Positions 1 to 11,335 of a stretch of DNA of 59,452 bases are shown here, in pieces. The stretch's first letter is position 1. The number at the start of each line of letters is the position of its first letter. Position numbers and translations under genes: made by a program. The notes beneath the pieces are model-generated. The model searched no databases. It worked only from the letters and a program-made list of their open reading frames with translations, and was not told the origin of the DNA. Source of the DNA: Octopus bimaculoides (lineage: Eukaryota); contig NC_069000.1 of NCBI RefSeq assembly GCF_001194135.2, positions 20,213,444 to 20,272,895 of the forward strand. The letters are read 5' to 3'.

Positions 1-330
1 TTTCGATTCCCAGACCGGGCGTTGTGAGTGTTTATTGAGCGAAAACACGTAAAGCTCCACGAGGCTCCGGCAGGGGATGGTGGCGAACCCTGCTGTACTC
101 CTTTACCACAACTTTCTCTCACCCTTACTTCCTGTTTCTGTTGTGCCTGTAATTAAAAGGGTCAACCTTGTCACATTGTGCCACGCTGAATATCCCTGAG
201 AACCACGTTAAGGGTACACGTGTCTGTGGATTGCTCAGCCCCTTGCACGTTAATTTCACGAGCAGGCTGTTCCGTTGATCGGATCAACTGGAACTCTCGA
301 CGTCGTAAGCGACAGAGTGCCAACAACAAC
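1..330 (+). mobile_element. tRNA-headed SINE (family C here), cut by the window start, (CAA)n tail
   Basis: Begins in a B-box-like TTCGATTCC; positions ~20-130 match the minus-strand copy at 16954-17290; ends in caacaacaac. Confidence 0.75.
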
Positions 331-469
331 ATTTTGAATATAGTAGAAATGAGATAAATAGAATAAATAAAAAATATATAATTTAAATAAAATTTTATTA
401 ACCTAATGAAAGTCAGGTATTGTAAATGCAGTAAAACAAGATTCTGATTTGTGGTTTGAGAAGCAAACA

Positions 470-1200
470 TCCATTTTAGACACAGTAGAAACTTTCTTTT
501 AATGGTAATTAATCAATTAACACAAATTAGCACAACATTTCTTGACTCTAATTAACAGCACATTTTAATTTATTTTTTCCTGTTGCCGGTTGCTTGAGAT
601 TTCCGGTTATTTGAGTGCCGGATAAGAGGAGGGTTCTATAATCTGTTGATAGTAATAATAAAGGACAGATTACAGTTAAGATACTATGGTGAACCTATAA
701 GAACGGGACAATTTATCCATTTTAGATAACTGTAGAAACTTTCTTTTAATGGCAATTAACAAATTAGCAAAAATTTCTTGACTCTAATTAACAGCACATT
801 TTAATTTATTTTTTCCTGGGTGCCGGTTGCTTAGGATTTACGGTTATTTACAGTGTCGTATAAGAGGGTGTGCAAATTCTATAACATGTTGGTAGTGATA
901 ATAAAGAACAGTTTACAGTTAAAATAGACGAAACAATTTATCCATTTTAGATACAGTAGAAACTTTCTTTCAATAGCAATTAATTAACAAATTAGCACAA
1001 AATTTCTTGACTCTAATTAACAGCACATTTTAATTTATTTCTTCCTGGATAACGGTTGCTTGGGGTTTGAGCGCCGAATAAGAGCGGGGTGTGGCTCTAT
1101 AATATGTTGATAATAATTACGAAGGACAGTTTGCAGTTAAGATAATATTGGGGAACCCATAAGAACGGAACAGTTTATGCATAGTAAGGTGGACAATTTC
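470..1200 (+). repeat. Three tandem ~225-245-bp units, each containing a candidate ~160-bp pogo/Tc1-type MITE
   Basis: Units restart at ccattttaga (~471, ~717, ~942). Each has (t)acagtagaaact... at the left and gagtgccggataagag...ttctata at the right, a degenerate TIR pair resembling TACAGTAGAACC ends. The tandem repeat is directly visible; the MITE call is inference. Confidence 0.7.
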
Positions 1201-1322
1201 GAGTTAATAAGACAGAGCCAATAAATAACAAGTACCAGTCTGCCGTTTTTAAGGTAACACTTTAGTGTAAGTAATGTGGGACAAATAAAAATCTACTCTT
1301 TAAATAATGACACCAATAACTC

Positions 1323-2135
1323 AAGGCGGTTAAGGCTGTGAGCTGCACGAAACGTTAGCACGCCGAGCGAAATGCTCAGCGGTATTTCGTCTGTCTTAAC
1401 GTTCTGAGTTCAAATTCCGTCAAGGTCGACTTTGGGGGTCGATAAATTAAGTACCAGTTACGCACTGGGGTCGATGTAATCGACTTAATCCGTTCGTCTG
1501 TTCTTGTTTGTTCCCTCTATGTTTAGCCCCTTGTGGGCAATAACGAAATAGGTATTTCGTCTGTCTTAACGTTCTGAGTTCAAATTCCGTCGAGGGTCGA
1601 CTTTGCCTTTCATCCTTTCAGGGTCGATAAATTAAGTGCCAGTTGCGTACTGGGGTCGGNNNNNNNNNNNNNNNNNNNNNNNNNNNNNNNNNNNNNNNNN
1701 NNNNNNNNNNNNNNNNNNNNNNNNNNNNNNNNNNNNNNNNNNNNNNNNNNNNNNNNNNNNNNNNNNNNNNNNNNNNNNNNNNNNNNNNNNNNNNNNNNNN
1801 NNNNNNNNNNNNNNNNNNNNNNNNNNNNNNNNNNNNNNNNNNNNNNACTTTGGGGGTCGATAAATTAAGTACCAGTTACGCACTGGGGTCGATGTAATCG
1901 ACTTAATCCGTTCGTCTGTTCTTGTTTGTTCCCTCTATGTTTAGCCCCTTGTGGGCAATAACGAAATAGGTATTTCGTCTGTCTTAACGTTCTGAGTTCA
2001 AATTCCGTCGAGGGTCGACTTTGCCTTTCATCCTTTCAGGGTCGATAAATTAAGTGCCAGTTGCGTACTGGGGTCGGTCTAATAGACTACTCCCTCCCCA
2101 AAAATGTTGGGCCTTGTGCTTAAAGTAGAAAAAAA
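1323..2135 (+). mobile_element. tRNA-headed SINE family B, compound copy spanning an N-gap
   Basis: ggcggttaagg...gttagcacgccgagcgaaatgctcagcggtatttcgtc...gagttcaaattcc (B-box-like), then ggggtcgataaattaagtaccag. The same sequence recurs at least 8 times in the window. Confidence 0.85.
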
Positions 2136-2159
2136 TAACTCAAGGCAGTTTATATTTTG

Positions 2160-2890
2160 TAAGGTAAAACGATAAGTGAGTCGACAATTCACGGTAAACT
2201 GGTAGTATGATGGTACAAGTTAAAAGATAGGTGGATAGTATACAGTTAGTTGGTATCACTAATAATAAGTGTGTTATTGACAGTTAGTAAAGCGGCGCCT
2301 ATAATATGTAGACAGTCCACTGTTAGTAAGGTGGCACCAACAATTTAGAGCTAGTGATATGGAACTAATAAGTGGATAGTATCAAGTTGGTATAGTGCTA
2401 CTAACAAGAAATTGTCAATTTACAGTTAGTAATGTAGTACCAATAATAACTGGATTGTACCAAAGGTAGTATAGCAGTACCAACAATAAGTGATCAATTT
2501 ATAGTTAGTAACGCAGTACCAATAGCAAGTGGATAGTATCAAGTTAATATAGCAGTACCAAAAATAAGTGGTCAATTTACAATTAGTAATGTAGTACAAA
2601 TAGTAAGTGGACAGTATCAAGTTAGTATAGTGGTACAACAATTAGTAGTTAATTTACAGCCAGTAACGAAGTACAAATAGTAAGTGGAAAATAACAAGTT
2701 AGTATAGTGGTACCAACAATAAGTGGTCAATTTATAATTAGTAATGTGGTACCAATAGTAAGTGAAGAGTACCAAGTTAGTATAGTAGTACCAAAAATTA
2801 GTGGTTAATTTACAGTTAGTAATGTAGTACCAATAAGGTGAGTGTTGGGAGTTAATAAGGTGGAACCAAAATATGTCATTGCCAATAAGT
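2160..2890 (+). repeat. Degenerate 78-bp (2 x 39-bp) tandem array with codon periodicity; possible decayed repeat-protein coding sequence
   Basis: Units start at 2416, 2495, 2573, 2650, 2728 and 2806 (spacing 77-79). The consensus translates QFTVSNVVPIVSG-QYQVSIAVPTISG, but copies carry stops and indels. Confidence 0.85.
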
Positions 2891-3229
2891 AAATAATTCA
2901 CACTAAATATTGAGGTAAAATAGTACTAATAATTAGAGGATACATCGAATATATAAATGAACATGTAAAGATTTTCAAGTAGAAAACATTTCCCATTTCA
3001 TTTTCTGCATTCCGTTCTTAATTTACTGCTAAGGTCCGTTAATCAATATGCTACTCTAGAATGAACGTGATGACAAGGTACAGCTCGTATGTTGATAACC
3101 TCATTCTCTTGGCTGGAGATCACAGACAGTTACCTCACACACAACCAGTATTGTCTTGCGAGATAAAGAAGAGAGATAAGAGAATTGGTCCAAGGTCAGG
3201 TATATGCTTATGAGCAGATATATATATAT

Positions 3230-3620
3230 ACGGAATACAACACTGAAAATCCTGTCAAAAGAGAATATTATAGCTGTGTCAGATTAATACTCTTATTACT
3301 TATAGCAATGCTAAACAAATATTATAGGTATCTTAATTTTAGTTGGTCCATTATGTACTCATTTGAATATTTAGTGAGTTATCAAGTATAATGCGAGCGA
3401 TAAGATAATGACAATTTTGACAGTGTGCTACCTAAAATAGACATAAAGATAATATATTTACCTGAAACACAAGGAGGTAAATGCATTCTGAAATTAGAAA
3501 ATTTATGCAAACTAGCTTCTTTAAGATAACAAAATGTTATAGTTGGAGAGAGAAAACATGATTGTTCGCTATTTTCTAGCTATCAAAAGATAAAGAAAAA
3601 CATGAATTTCAAGAAAAGAG
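3230..3620 (+). mobile_element. Highly decayed fragment of an R4/Dong-like REL retrotransposon (post-RT region)
   Basis: Fragmentary translation KREYYSCVRLIL...PKIDIKIIYLPETQGG parallels the region at ~8200-8430 of the larger copy. Confidence 0.45.
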
Positions 3621-3734
3621 ATAATTTTGGAGATAAAAAGTGTAAGATTAAACAAAAACACAATTCAAAAAAAAAAAAACATAAAAAAGACTAAACTCTA
3701 ACTTAAAAAACCGGAGGCCATATTTGTGGTAAGA

Positions 3735-4125
3735 TTAAGAAGGCGAGTTGGCAGAATCGTTAGCACGGCGGGCAAAATGCTTAGCAGCATTTGCTTCACC
3801 TTTACGTTCTCAGTTCAAATTCCGCCGAGGTTGACTTTGCCTTTCATCCTCTCGGGGTTGATAGAATAAGTACCATTTGGTCATTGGGGGTCGATGTAAT
3901 CGACTTAACCCTTCGCCCGAAATTGCTGGCCTTCGTAAACCGAAATTCGTAGCGATGATTTGGCAGAATGTTTGGCGCGCCGGGCAAAATGTTTTGCGGC
4001 ATTTCTTCCGTGTTTGCGGCATTTCGTCTGAGTTGATAAAATAAGTACCATTTGATCACTGTGGTTGATGTAATCGACTCACCCACTTTCCAAATTTATT
4101 GGCCTTGTCCCAAAATTTAAAGCAA
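3735..4125 (+). mobile_element. SINE family B, one full copy plus a partial tandem copy
   Basis: aaggcgagttggcagaatcgttagcacggcgggcaaaatgcttagc...cagttcaaattccgccgaggttgactttgcctttcatcc; the head restarts at ~3960. Confidence 0.8.
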
Positions 4126-4429
4126 TATTTGCAGCNNNNNNNNNNNNNNNNNNNNNNNNNNNNNNNNNNNNNNNNNNNNNNNNNNNNNNNNNNNNNNNNN
4201 NNNNNNNNNNNNNNNNNNNNNNNNNNNNNNNNNNNNNNNNNNNNNNNNNNNNNNNNNNNNNNNNNNNNNNNNNNNNNNNNNNNNNNNNNNNNNNNNNNNN
4301 NNNNNNNNNNNNNNNNNNNNNNNNNNNNNNNNNNNNNNNNNNNNNNNNNNNNNNNNNNNNNNNNNNNNNCACACACACACACACACACACACGAATAATA
4401 ATAATAATAATAACAGCAATGAATGATAA

Positions 4430-4790
4430 TCTACATACCATGTTCCGGTGGCAAAGAGAAAGAAGAAAAACTGAACAATTACGACGATTTGGAGTGAGGA
4501 AAAACGAAGGTTGTGGTTAATGAGGAGGGTAGACGTGATACCAATAGTAACTGGCGCACTTGAAAGTATAAGCCCCAACTACCAGCATGGCTCAAAAAGA
4601 TTGGTACAAATGAAAAGGTAGAGCACCTACAAATATCAGCATTGTTTGGAACTGCAAGAATACTTCGCAGGGGTTTTAAGCATGGCCAGTAAAACAAGGG
4701 TCACCTTAGTCTGCTGGCTGTGGACAGCTGACACTATCCATCATTCCCAGCAAAGTACGCTGAGTTTTCATCAAATAATAATAATAATAA
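4430..4790 (+). mobile_element. 3' end of an R4/Dong-like REL retrotransposon between (TAA)n tracts
   Basis: Frameshifted VDVIPIVTGALESISP...WLKKIGTNEKVEHLQISALFGTARILR, the typical REL C-terminus; (taa)n on both sides. Confidence 0.7.
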
Positions 4791-4800
4791 TAATAATAAA

Positions 4801-5345
4801 TGCCCGGATGCAGTACCAGGTAGTGGCTCTCATGGCTTCTGATCTTAACTGATTGGAAGTGTTATCATGTACATTGTTTGTCTTGGTATAAAAGATGAGC
4901 TACAGCAAACATTCTGCTTAATACCACAGATTTGCTTGTCAGTTGTTTGACCTTAACCAGTTGAGCATATCTCTTAGTGGCTGACGATATGTGCATCTCT
5001 GATCACGAGCAGAAGTAGTGGGGGAGCATCATAGCCGTATGTTGAGAGGAATTCTTTAGGGTTTGAATAATTCACCTTTGGAAATGTGAGTGTTTCATCC
5101 AACATCCTTAAACAACTTTTATTCAGGGACCTTTTCAGCGGGATGGGCTACTCGACCTGAAGAAAATTCTAATTGGGCCAGGTCATGCGTTGTTTATCTT
5201 GATATGAGATCACCGTGTCGTGCACATGTGGTTGTGATGCATGTTCCTGGTATATCTTTATCAGGCGAGAAGTGATGATGGGTATACTGGGCTTCGTATA
5301 TTTTACCCCAGTGTTACTCTGATGGCACGCACTGCTCTCTCATTC
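4801..5345. mobile_element. Unclassified interspersed repeat bounded by (TAA)n; possibly the long 3' UTR of a TAA-targeting element
   Basis: Higher-complexity block flanked by (taa)n at 4776-4800 and 5346-5370; no ORF. Classification is inference. Confidence 0.35.
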
Positions 5346-5370
5346 AATAATAATAATAATAATAATAATA

Positions 5371-5520
5371 TGCACTACTGGGCACTGCACACATCCTACG
5401 CAAAACACTTTCAATACAGTAACCATAAGAGCATCACAGCAAACCACAGCACATACCCAAGGCGCACAGAGCTGCGCTCGGTAGTGAAGTGAAAGCACGT
5501 TATAAAAATAAAACTACTGA
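5371..5520 (+). mobile_element. Extreme 3' end of an R4/Dong-like element
   Basis: ALLGTAHILRKTLSIQ* followed by a 3' UTR and a (CAA)n(TAA)n tail. Confidence 0.75.
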
Positions 5521-5543
5521 ACAACAACAACAACAACAACAAC

Positions 5544-5582
<39 letters not shown>

Positions 5583-5611
5583 GATGATGGTGATAATAAT
5601 AGTTATTTAAT

Positions 5612-6075
5612 AATAGTTCCTTTTGTTGGTCACAAAGGCCCAAAACTTGCAGGACAGTATCAAAGAAAGAAATTCAACACACAAAACAGGTGGGGTTTAG
5701 ATCGATCAAAGGGAGACACTACAACGTTAAAGGATATGAAAAAAAAAATAGAAATAGAAATAAATAAAATAAAATAATTGATAAATAGAATCTCCAATTG
5801 CAGAGTCCCAGATTACTTTACCATCCCTAAAGCATAGGAAGTACCATCTTCCAGCTTCATTCCTCCAACTTAGAACAGCCTATTCAGAGTAGATCTATGC
5901 AGTCTCACCAGTCTTGCCACTGTCGTCCACTTTTTGATAAGCACATTAGAAAGCAGCACCACCTGCTTTACCCTCAACTTCCTCTTCATATGATATTTGA
6001 AGAAATTGATGAGAGCTTGGTGAGATAGGGAAGTGTCAGTCTTCAAACCTTTTAGATGGGTCCACCACACAGTTA
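5612..6075 (-). mobile_element. 3' fragment of a LINE (probably L1/Tx1-like): ORF2 C-terminus plus 3' UTR
   Basis: ORF 5870-6070 ends IKKWTTVARLVRL, homologous to FKKRWVNVARMARV at 40659+. Both are followed by a ccctttgatcg motif and a gccc..tgtggccaataaaa-like tail. Confidence 0.55.
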
Positions 6076-6087
6076 CAGATGATGATG

Positions 6088-6134
<47 letters not shown>

Positions 6135-6164
6135 ACTACTAATAATAATAATAATAATGATAAT

Positions 6165-6541
6165 ACCAGCCAATGTACGCCATTATGAAACTGTATGGCA
6201 CATTACCAACCAATGTACGCCACTAGCCCAGAAGGAATACAAGAGGCGCCACGACAATATAGCCAGGCTTGTCCATTGGACACTTTGCAACAAGTATGGA
6301 CTTGACAGAGCTAAAAATTGGTACGACCACAAACCCGAAGGCATCGTCGAAAATGGAAAGGCAAAGATCCTATGGGATTTTATGATTCAGTGCGACCATG
6401 AGATAAAGAATAGGAAACCAGACATAGTCTTAATTGAGAAAGAAAACAAACTATGCTGGATCATAAATATAGCATACCCAGCTGACAACAAGGTATGCGA
6501 TAAGGAAGAAAGAAAAGTCGATAGATATGACAGGTTAGTTT
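6165..6541 (+). mobile_element. R4/Dong-like retrotransposon, zinc-knuckle end plus REL endonuclease fragment
   Basis: ETVWHITNQCTPLAQKEYKRRHDNIARLVHWTLC...KILWDFMIQCDHEIKNRKPDIVLIEKE (RHD and PD motifs of REL endonucleases); starts right after (TAA)n and runs into a gap. Confidence 0.85.
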
Positions 6542-7328
6542 NNNNNNNNNNNNNNNNNNNNNNNNNNNNNNNNNNNNNNNNNNNNNNNNNNNNNNNNNNN
6601 NNNNNNNNNNNNNNNNNNNNNNNNNNNNNNNNNNNNNNNNNNNNNNNNNNNNNNNNNNNNNNNNNNNNNNNNNNNNNNNNNNNNNNNNNNNNNNNNNNNN
6701 NNNNNNNNNNNNNNNNNNNNNNNNNNNNNNNNNNNNNNNNNNNNNNNNNNNNNNNNNNNNNNNNNNNNNNNNNNNNNNNNNNNNNNNNNNNNNNNNNNNN
6801 NNNNNNNNNNNNNNNNNNNNNNNNNNNNNNNNNNNNNNNNNNNNNNNNNNNNNNNNNNNNNNNNNNNNNNNNNNNNNNNNNNNNNNNNNNNNNNNNNNNN
6901 NNNNNNNNNNNNNNNNNNNNNNNNNNNNNNNNNNNNNNNNNNNNNNNNNNNNNNNNNNNNNNNNNNNNNNNNNNNNNNNNNNNNNNNNNNNNNNNNNNNN
7001 NNNNNNNNNNNNNNNNNNNNNNNNNNNNNNNNNNNNNNNNNNNNNNNNNNNNNNNNNNNNNNNNNNNNNNNNNNNNNNNNNNNNNNNNNNNNNNNNNNNN
7101 NNNNNNNNNNNNNNNNNNNNNNNNNNNNNNNNNNNNNNNNNNNNNNNNNNNNNNNNNNNNNNNNNNNNNNNNNNNNNNNNNNNNNNNNNNNNNNNNNNNN
7201 NNNNNNNNNNNNNNNNNNNNNNNNNNNNNNNNNNNNNNNNNNNNNNNNNNNNNNNNNNNNNNNNNNNNNNNNNNNNNNNNNNNNNNNNNNNNNNNNNNNN
7301 NNNNNNNNNNNNNNNNNNNNNNNNNNNN

Positions 7329-7451
7329 TCGAAGCCCCTCCCCCTTTGGGAGTTCTACTTATTTATTTATCTATTTATTTATCTATTTATTTGTTGTATC
7401 TTTCTCCGTTTTCTTCCTCTGTTTAGCCCTTGTGGCCAATAAAACGAATTA
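7329..7451 (+). mobile_element. LINE 3' tail fragment, same family as 41085-41131
   Basis: ctctgtttagcccttgtggccaataaaacgaatt. Confidence 0.5.
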
Positions 7452-7479
<28 letters not shown>

Positions 7480-7482
<3 letters not shown>

Positions 7483-9420
7483 GGAAAGTAACAATCTATT
7501 ATCAGTAGAACAGAAAGGATACGGGAAGCAAAGAAGTTCAAATAAAGACCTGTTATTAGTTGATAAAATGATAACTAGAAATTGTAGACGGATATTAATG
7601 GGATCGAATGTTGCATGGTTGAATTACAAGGAAAACATATCCAAATGCACCGGATAAGTGGATAAGTAAAACAATGAGCATGTTTGGAGTGGCAGAAAAT
7701 ATGGAGAAAATGGTTAATGAAAGTATGAAATATTGGAATACTGAATTGATTGGAGGAAAACAAAGACTTGAGGAAAGTGAACATCAGAAGTGGTATATTT
7801 CAAGGTGATAGCTTATCTCTATTACTATTTGTATTGGCCGTGATACCGCTCAGTTTGATATTGCGAGAAGTTAAAATAGCTTATGATTTGGGAAAAGGAT
7901 ATGCTAAGACAATTAATCTCCTTTTTATGGATGATATAAAGCTTTATAAGAAAAATGAAAAGTGTCTTGAAAGTCTTGTACATACCGTTTGCATTTTCTC
8001 AAATGATGTAGGTATGGAATTTGGGACTGAAAAGTGCATTACATTCATAATGAAACGAGGAAGAGTTGAAGGAAGCCAAGGAATTGAAATGCCAAATGGG
8101 CAAATAATGAAAGTGGTTGATATCAGAATTTGGGAATACTGAAGGCAGATGAAATAAAACATGAAGAGATAAAGCAAATTACAACTAGAAGTGTGAGAAA
8201 AATATTACAGTCAAAGATGAATTCTAAAAATGTTATTGAAGCAATAAATGCAAAAGCCGTACCGGTTGTGAGATATGGAGTTTGAATTGTAGATCGGACC
8301 AAAAGCGACATACAGAAATTTCACACAAAAACTAGAAAGCTGTTTACTATGTATGGAGCCTACCACCCGAAGCTGATATTAACCGGTTGTACTTTAAGAG
8401 AGGCTAGGGTGGTAGAGGCTTAATTGCTGTGGAAGAGTGTGTACAGATGGAAAAGAAAAAAATGACCCTACTAGAATATTTACAGAACAGCACAGAGAAA
8501 TTTCTAAAGACAGTGAATAAAGAAGAAGCAATCAAGTGTAGAGTAGGAGAAAAAGACAAGAAAAAAAATTCAAAGAGAGTATACTGGTCGGTTTTGGAAA
8601 GCCACTGAGAATGTATGTGGAACGAAAACCTGAGCTTGGTTGAATAAAAGACAATTGCTCGGTTGACAAAAGATAATTGAGAAAAAACAAACAAACAAAA
8701 AAACAGAGGGCCTTATTACAGCAGCTCAAGATCAAGCGTTAAAAACAAACAACTTGAGAAAATGTATGGGGAGAAGGCATCAGTAAAATATAGAGTTCGT
8801 TGAATTTGGGATAAAACAATGGCACACATTTTGGCAGAATGTTCCAAGTTGGCTCTGGGCGAATATAAGAAATGGAGGCATGAGCAAATCGTGGAAGTTT
8901 TGCACTGGAAGCTTTGTGAGAAATGGGGGTTTTAAGCTAGAAGTACTTAGTATAATCATTGGGTTCAAAGGGTGCTTGAGTCGGAAAAATGCAAGATTTT
9001 ATGGTATTTTCCAATTCAAACGGATAAGATAGAAAATAATAAACCAGATATAACAATAATAGACAAGGAAAAGTGAATTTCTTTACTGACTGAGTTATCA
9101 TCTCCATTTGATTCCAGGATTGTAAAGAAAGAAGAAATTTTTTTAAAATACAGGCACTTTGGAATATGAAACTGTAAAGGTTGTGCCTGTAAAAATTTGT
9201 TCATTAGGGACAGTGAATAATGATATAGACAGATAGTTGAAGGAAAGTCTTGTAGAGCTTCTGTCGAAGGTATGCCTGTTAGGAATAGGAAAGATTATCA
9301 TAAGGGTTTTGAGCACTTGAAAGATTATTGAAAGCTTGCGGATATCTAAGGTTACAGTAATAACTCTCTAACTACATAAATTCCACTGGGAATAAAATCA
9401 AAGCTGAGTCAGATCGAATT
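7480..9420 (+). mobile_element. 5'-truncated, frameshifted R4/Dong-like non-LTR retrotransposon (RT, CCHC knuckle, REL endonuclease)
   Basis: GIFQGDSLS and LLFMDDIKLY (RT motifs), GGRGLIAVEECV, AHILAECSKLALGEYKKWRHEQIVEVLHWKLC, KILWYFPIQTDKIENNKPDITIIDK; many stops and frameshifts. Confidence 0.9.
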
Positions 9421-9789
9421 TATAATTCCTTGTATAGGCAGAAAGCCAGAAGTTGTTGAAGAGTGTATAATCCATTAGATACATTTTTTAGAGTCACTAA
9501 AACAAGTACTAATCATGTACTATGGGTAATATAATCGACTGTTCCCTTCCTACAATATTTGGGGCGTTGTGCTTACGTTAAAATGTATTGCAGTATTTAT
9601 TCCGGATCTTTACGGTGCTAGTTCAAATCTGGTTCTCATTCTCTTCTCTGGTAGATGAAATGAAGTATTCGTTAAATACTAGAATGGCTCAGTCCTCCTT
9701 CCCTATAAAAAAAAATTGAGGCTACAAGCTTATGTTGGAAACAATGTTGTTTTCAGCTTTTGGCATAAATCCAGCAACTTCGGGATAGA

Positions 9790-9952
9790 GATGGGTTGAT
9801 TAGAACGACCCCTCAACTGGTACCTATTTTACTAACTCTGAAAGGACAGAAAGTGAACCTCAGCTGAATTTGAACCCAGAACGTCAAGTCAGACGAAATG
9901 CCTCTAAGCATTTTCCCAGGCGTAGCTAACGATTCTCCCAACTTGCCGCCTT
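9790..9952 (-). mobile_element. SINE family B, diverged
   Basis: Reverse complement gives aggcggcaagttgggagaatcgttagctacgcctgggaaaatgcttag...gggttcaaattc. Confidence 0.7.
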
Positions 9953-10315
9953 TTTGCTGGAAACAATATTATTGAATAAAACCGTTTGATTGAGTGGTAT
10001 GGGACAACCGTGGTGTTTATTTATCACGGTAATAGCTATCACAGATTTTTCTATTATCCAGATCTACGTTATTAGGGATATGAGTAAAGCAATTATTATA
10101 GCAATTAGGAACAGACTCGTAAGAGCTAATCAAATCACTATGACACACTTCACTAAAACAACATATTTTATGAAAATTATCTATTCTATATTGTAGTTGT
10201 GGGAACATAAGCTTTGACACTCAATGTTTTCCTGAGAACATTTCCGGAGATGCGAATTGATTTGAAATGGGAATCGAAACTACATCGCAATTGGCCTTTG
10301 AGTATATTTGTTTCT

Positions 10316-10725
10316 AGTAGGCGTGGATGTGTCGTAAAAAGCTTGCTTCCCAACCACATGGTTCTGGGTTCAGTCCCACTGAGTAGCACCTTGGGCAAGT
10401 GTCTTCTACTATAGCTTCGGTCCGTCCAAAGCCTTGTGAGTGGAACTGGCAGACAGAAACTGAATGAAGCTTGTCGTGATTATGTATATACATATGTGTG
10501 TGTGTGTGTGTGTGCGTGTTTGTCCTCCCATCACCGCTTGACAACCGGAGTTGGTGTGCTTACGTCCCTATAACCTAGAGGTTCGGTAAAAAGACACCGA
10601 TAGAATAAGTACTAAGGCTTAAAGATAAGTTAAGTCCTGGGGTCGATTTGTTCGACAAAAACCGTTCACAGCAGTGCTCCAGCATGGCCGCAGTTAGCTG
10701 AGTGAAACAAGTAAAAGAATGAAAG
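10316..10725 (+). mobile_element. tRNA-headed SINE family A, full length with internal (TA/TG)n
   Basis: aggcgtggatgtgtcgtaaaaagcttgcttcccaaccacatggttctgggttcagtcccact...gaaacaagtaaaagaat; homologous to 11128-11566 and 42507-42940. Confidence 0.85.
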
Positions 10726-10921
10726 CATCTGCTTATCAAAAGTTCGTAATCAAAATTTCTCACGTTGAAGGAATACTATATATCTATAGGGGAGGAGGGG
10801 GTAGAATCGACTGGGTCTATTGTATCACGCACATCAATCGGTCTAGTTTAGGGAAGCCAGCATAGGACATGGAAACTGCCTCTTTTCCAACGACCAACTA
10901 TTAAAAAAAAAGTTACTAGAA

Positions 10922-11065
10922 TAGACGCAGGAGTGGCTGTGATTTGCTCGTAACCTCATGGTTTCGGTTTCAGTCCCATTGCGCTTCATCTTCTGCTATA
11001 GTCTTGGGCTGACCACAGCCTTATGGGTAGGTTTGACTTATCAAAACTGAAAGAAACTCGTCATT
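10922..11065 (+). mobile_element. SINE family A, degenerate 5' half
   Basis: gacgcaggagtggctgtg...ggtttcagtcccattgcg...actgaaagaaactcgtc. Confidence 0.65.
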
Positions 11066-11127
11066 GATAGGATCGTTATTTTTTATAACGATTTTATCCT
11101 TGATTATGTGTATATATATATATATAT

Positions 11128-11295
11128 GTAGGTGCAGGAGTGGCTGTGTGGTAAGTAGCTTGCTTACAAACTACATGGTTCCGGGTTCATTCCCACTGCG
11201 TGACATCTTGGGCAAGTGCCTTCTACTATAGCCTCGGGCCGACCAAAGCTTTGTGAGTGGATTTGGTAGACGGAAACTGAAAGAAGCCTGTCGTA

Positions 11296-11335
<40 letters not shown>

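Noticed and set aside
1429-2078. Exact ~231-bp direct repeat (1429-1659 = 1848-2078) flanking an N-gap
   Set aside because: Base-for-base identity across a gap points to unmerged overlapping contig ends, not a biological duplication.
1323-2135. CRISPR-like recurrence of ggggtcgataaattaag units
   Set aside because: Internal and tandem SINE duplications; no constant repeat with unique spacers and no cas genes.
2426-2901. Y/W/C/T-rich minus-strand ORFs
   Set aside because: Codon-aligned antisense of the 39-bp array; the coding-like base bias favours the plus frame.
11128-11210. tRNA-like A/B boxes here and in other SINE heads
   Set aside because: They continue into SINE bodies and I cannot fold a complete cloverleaf; not called as tRNA genes.
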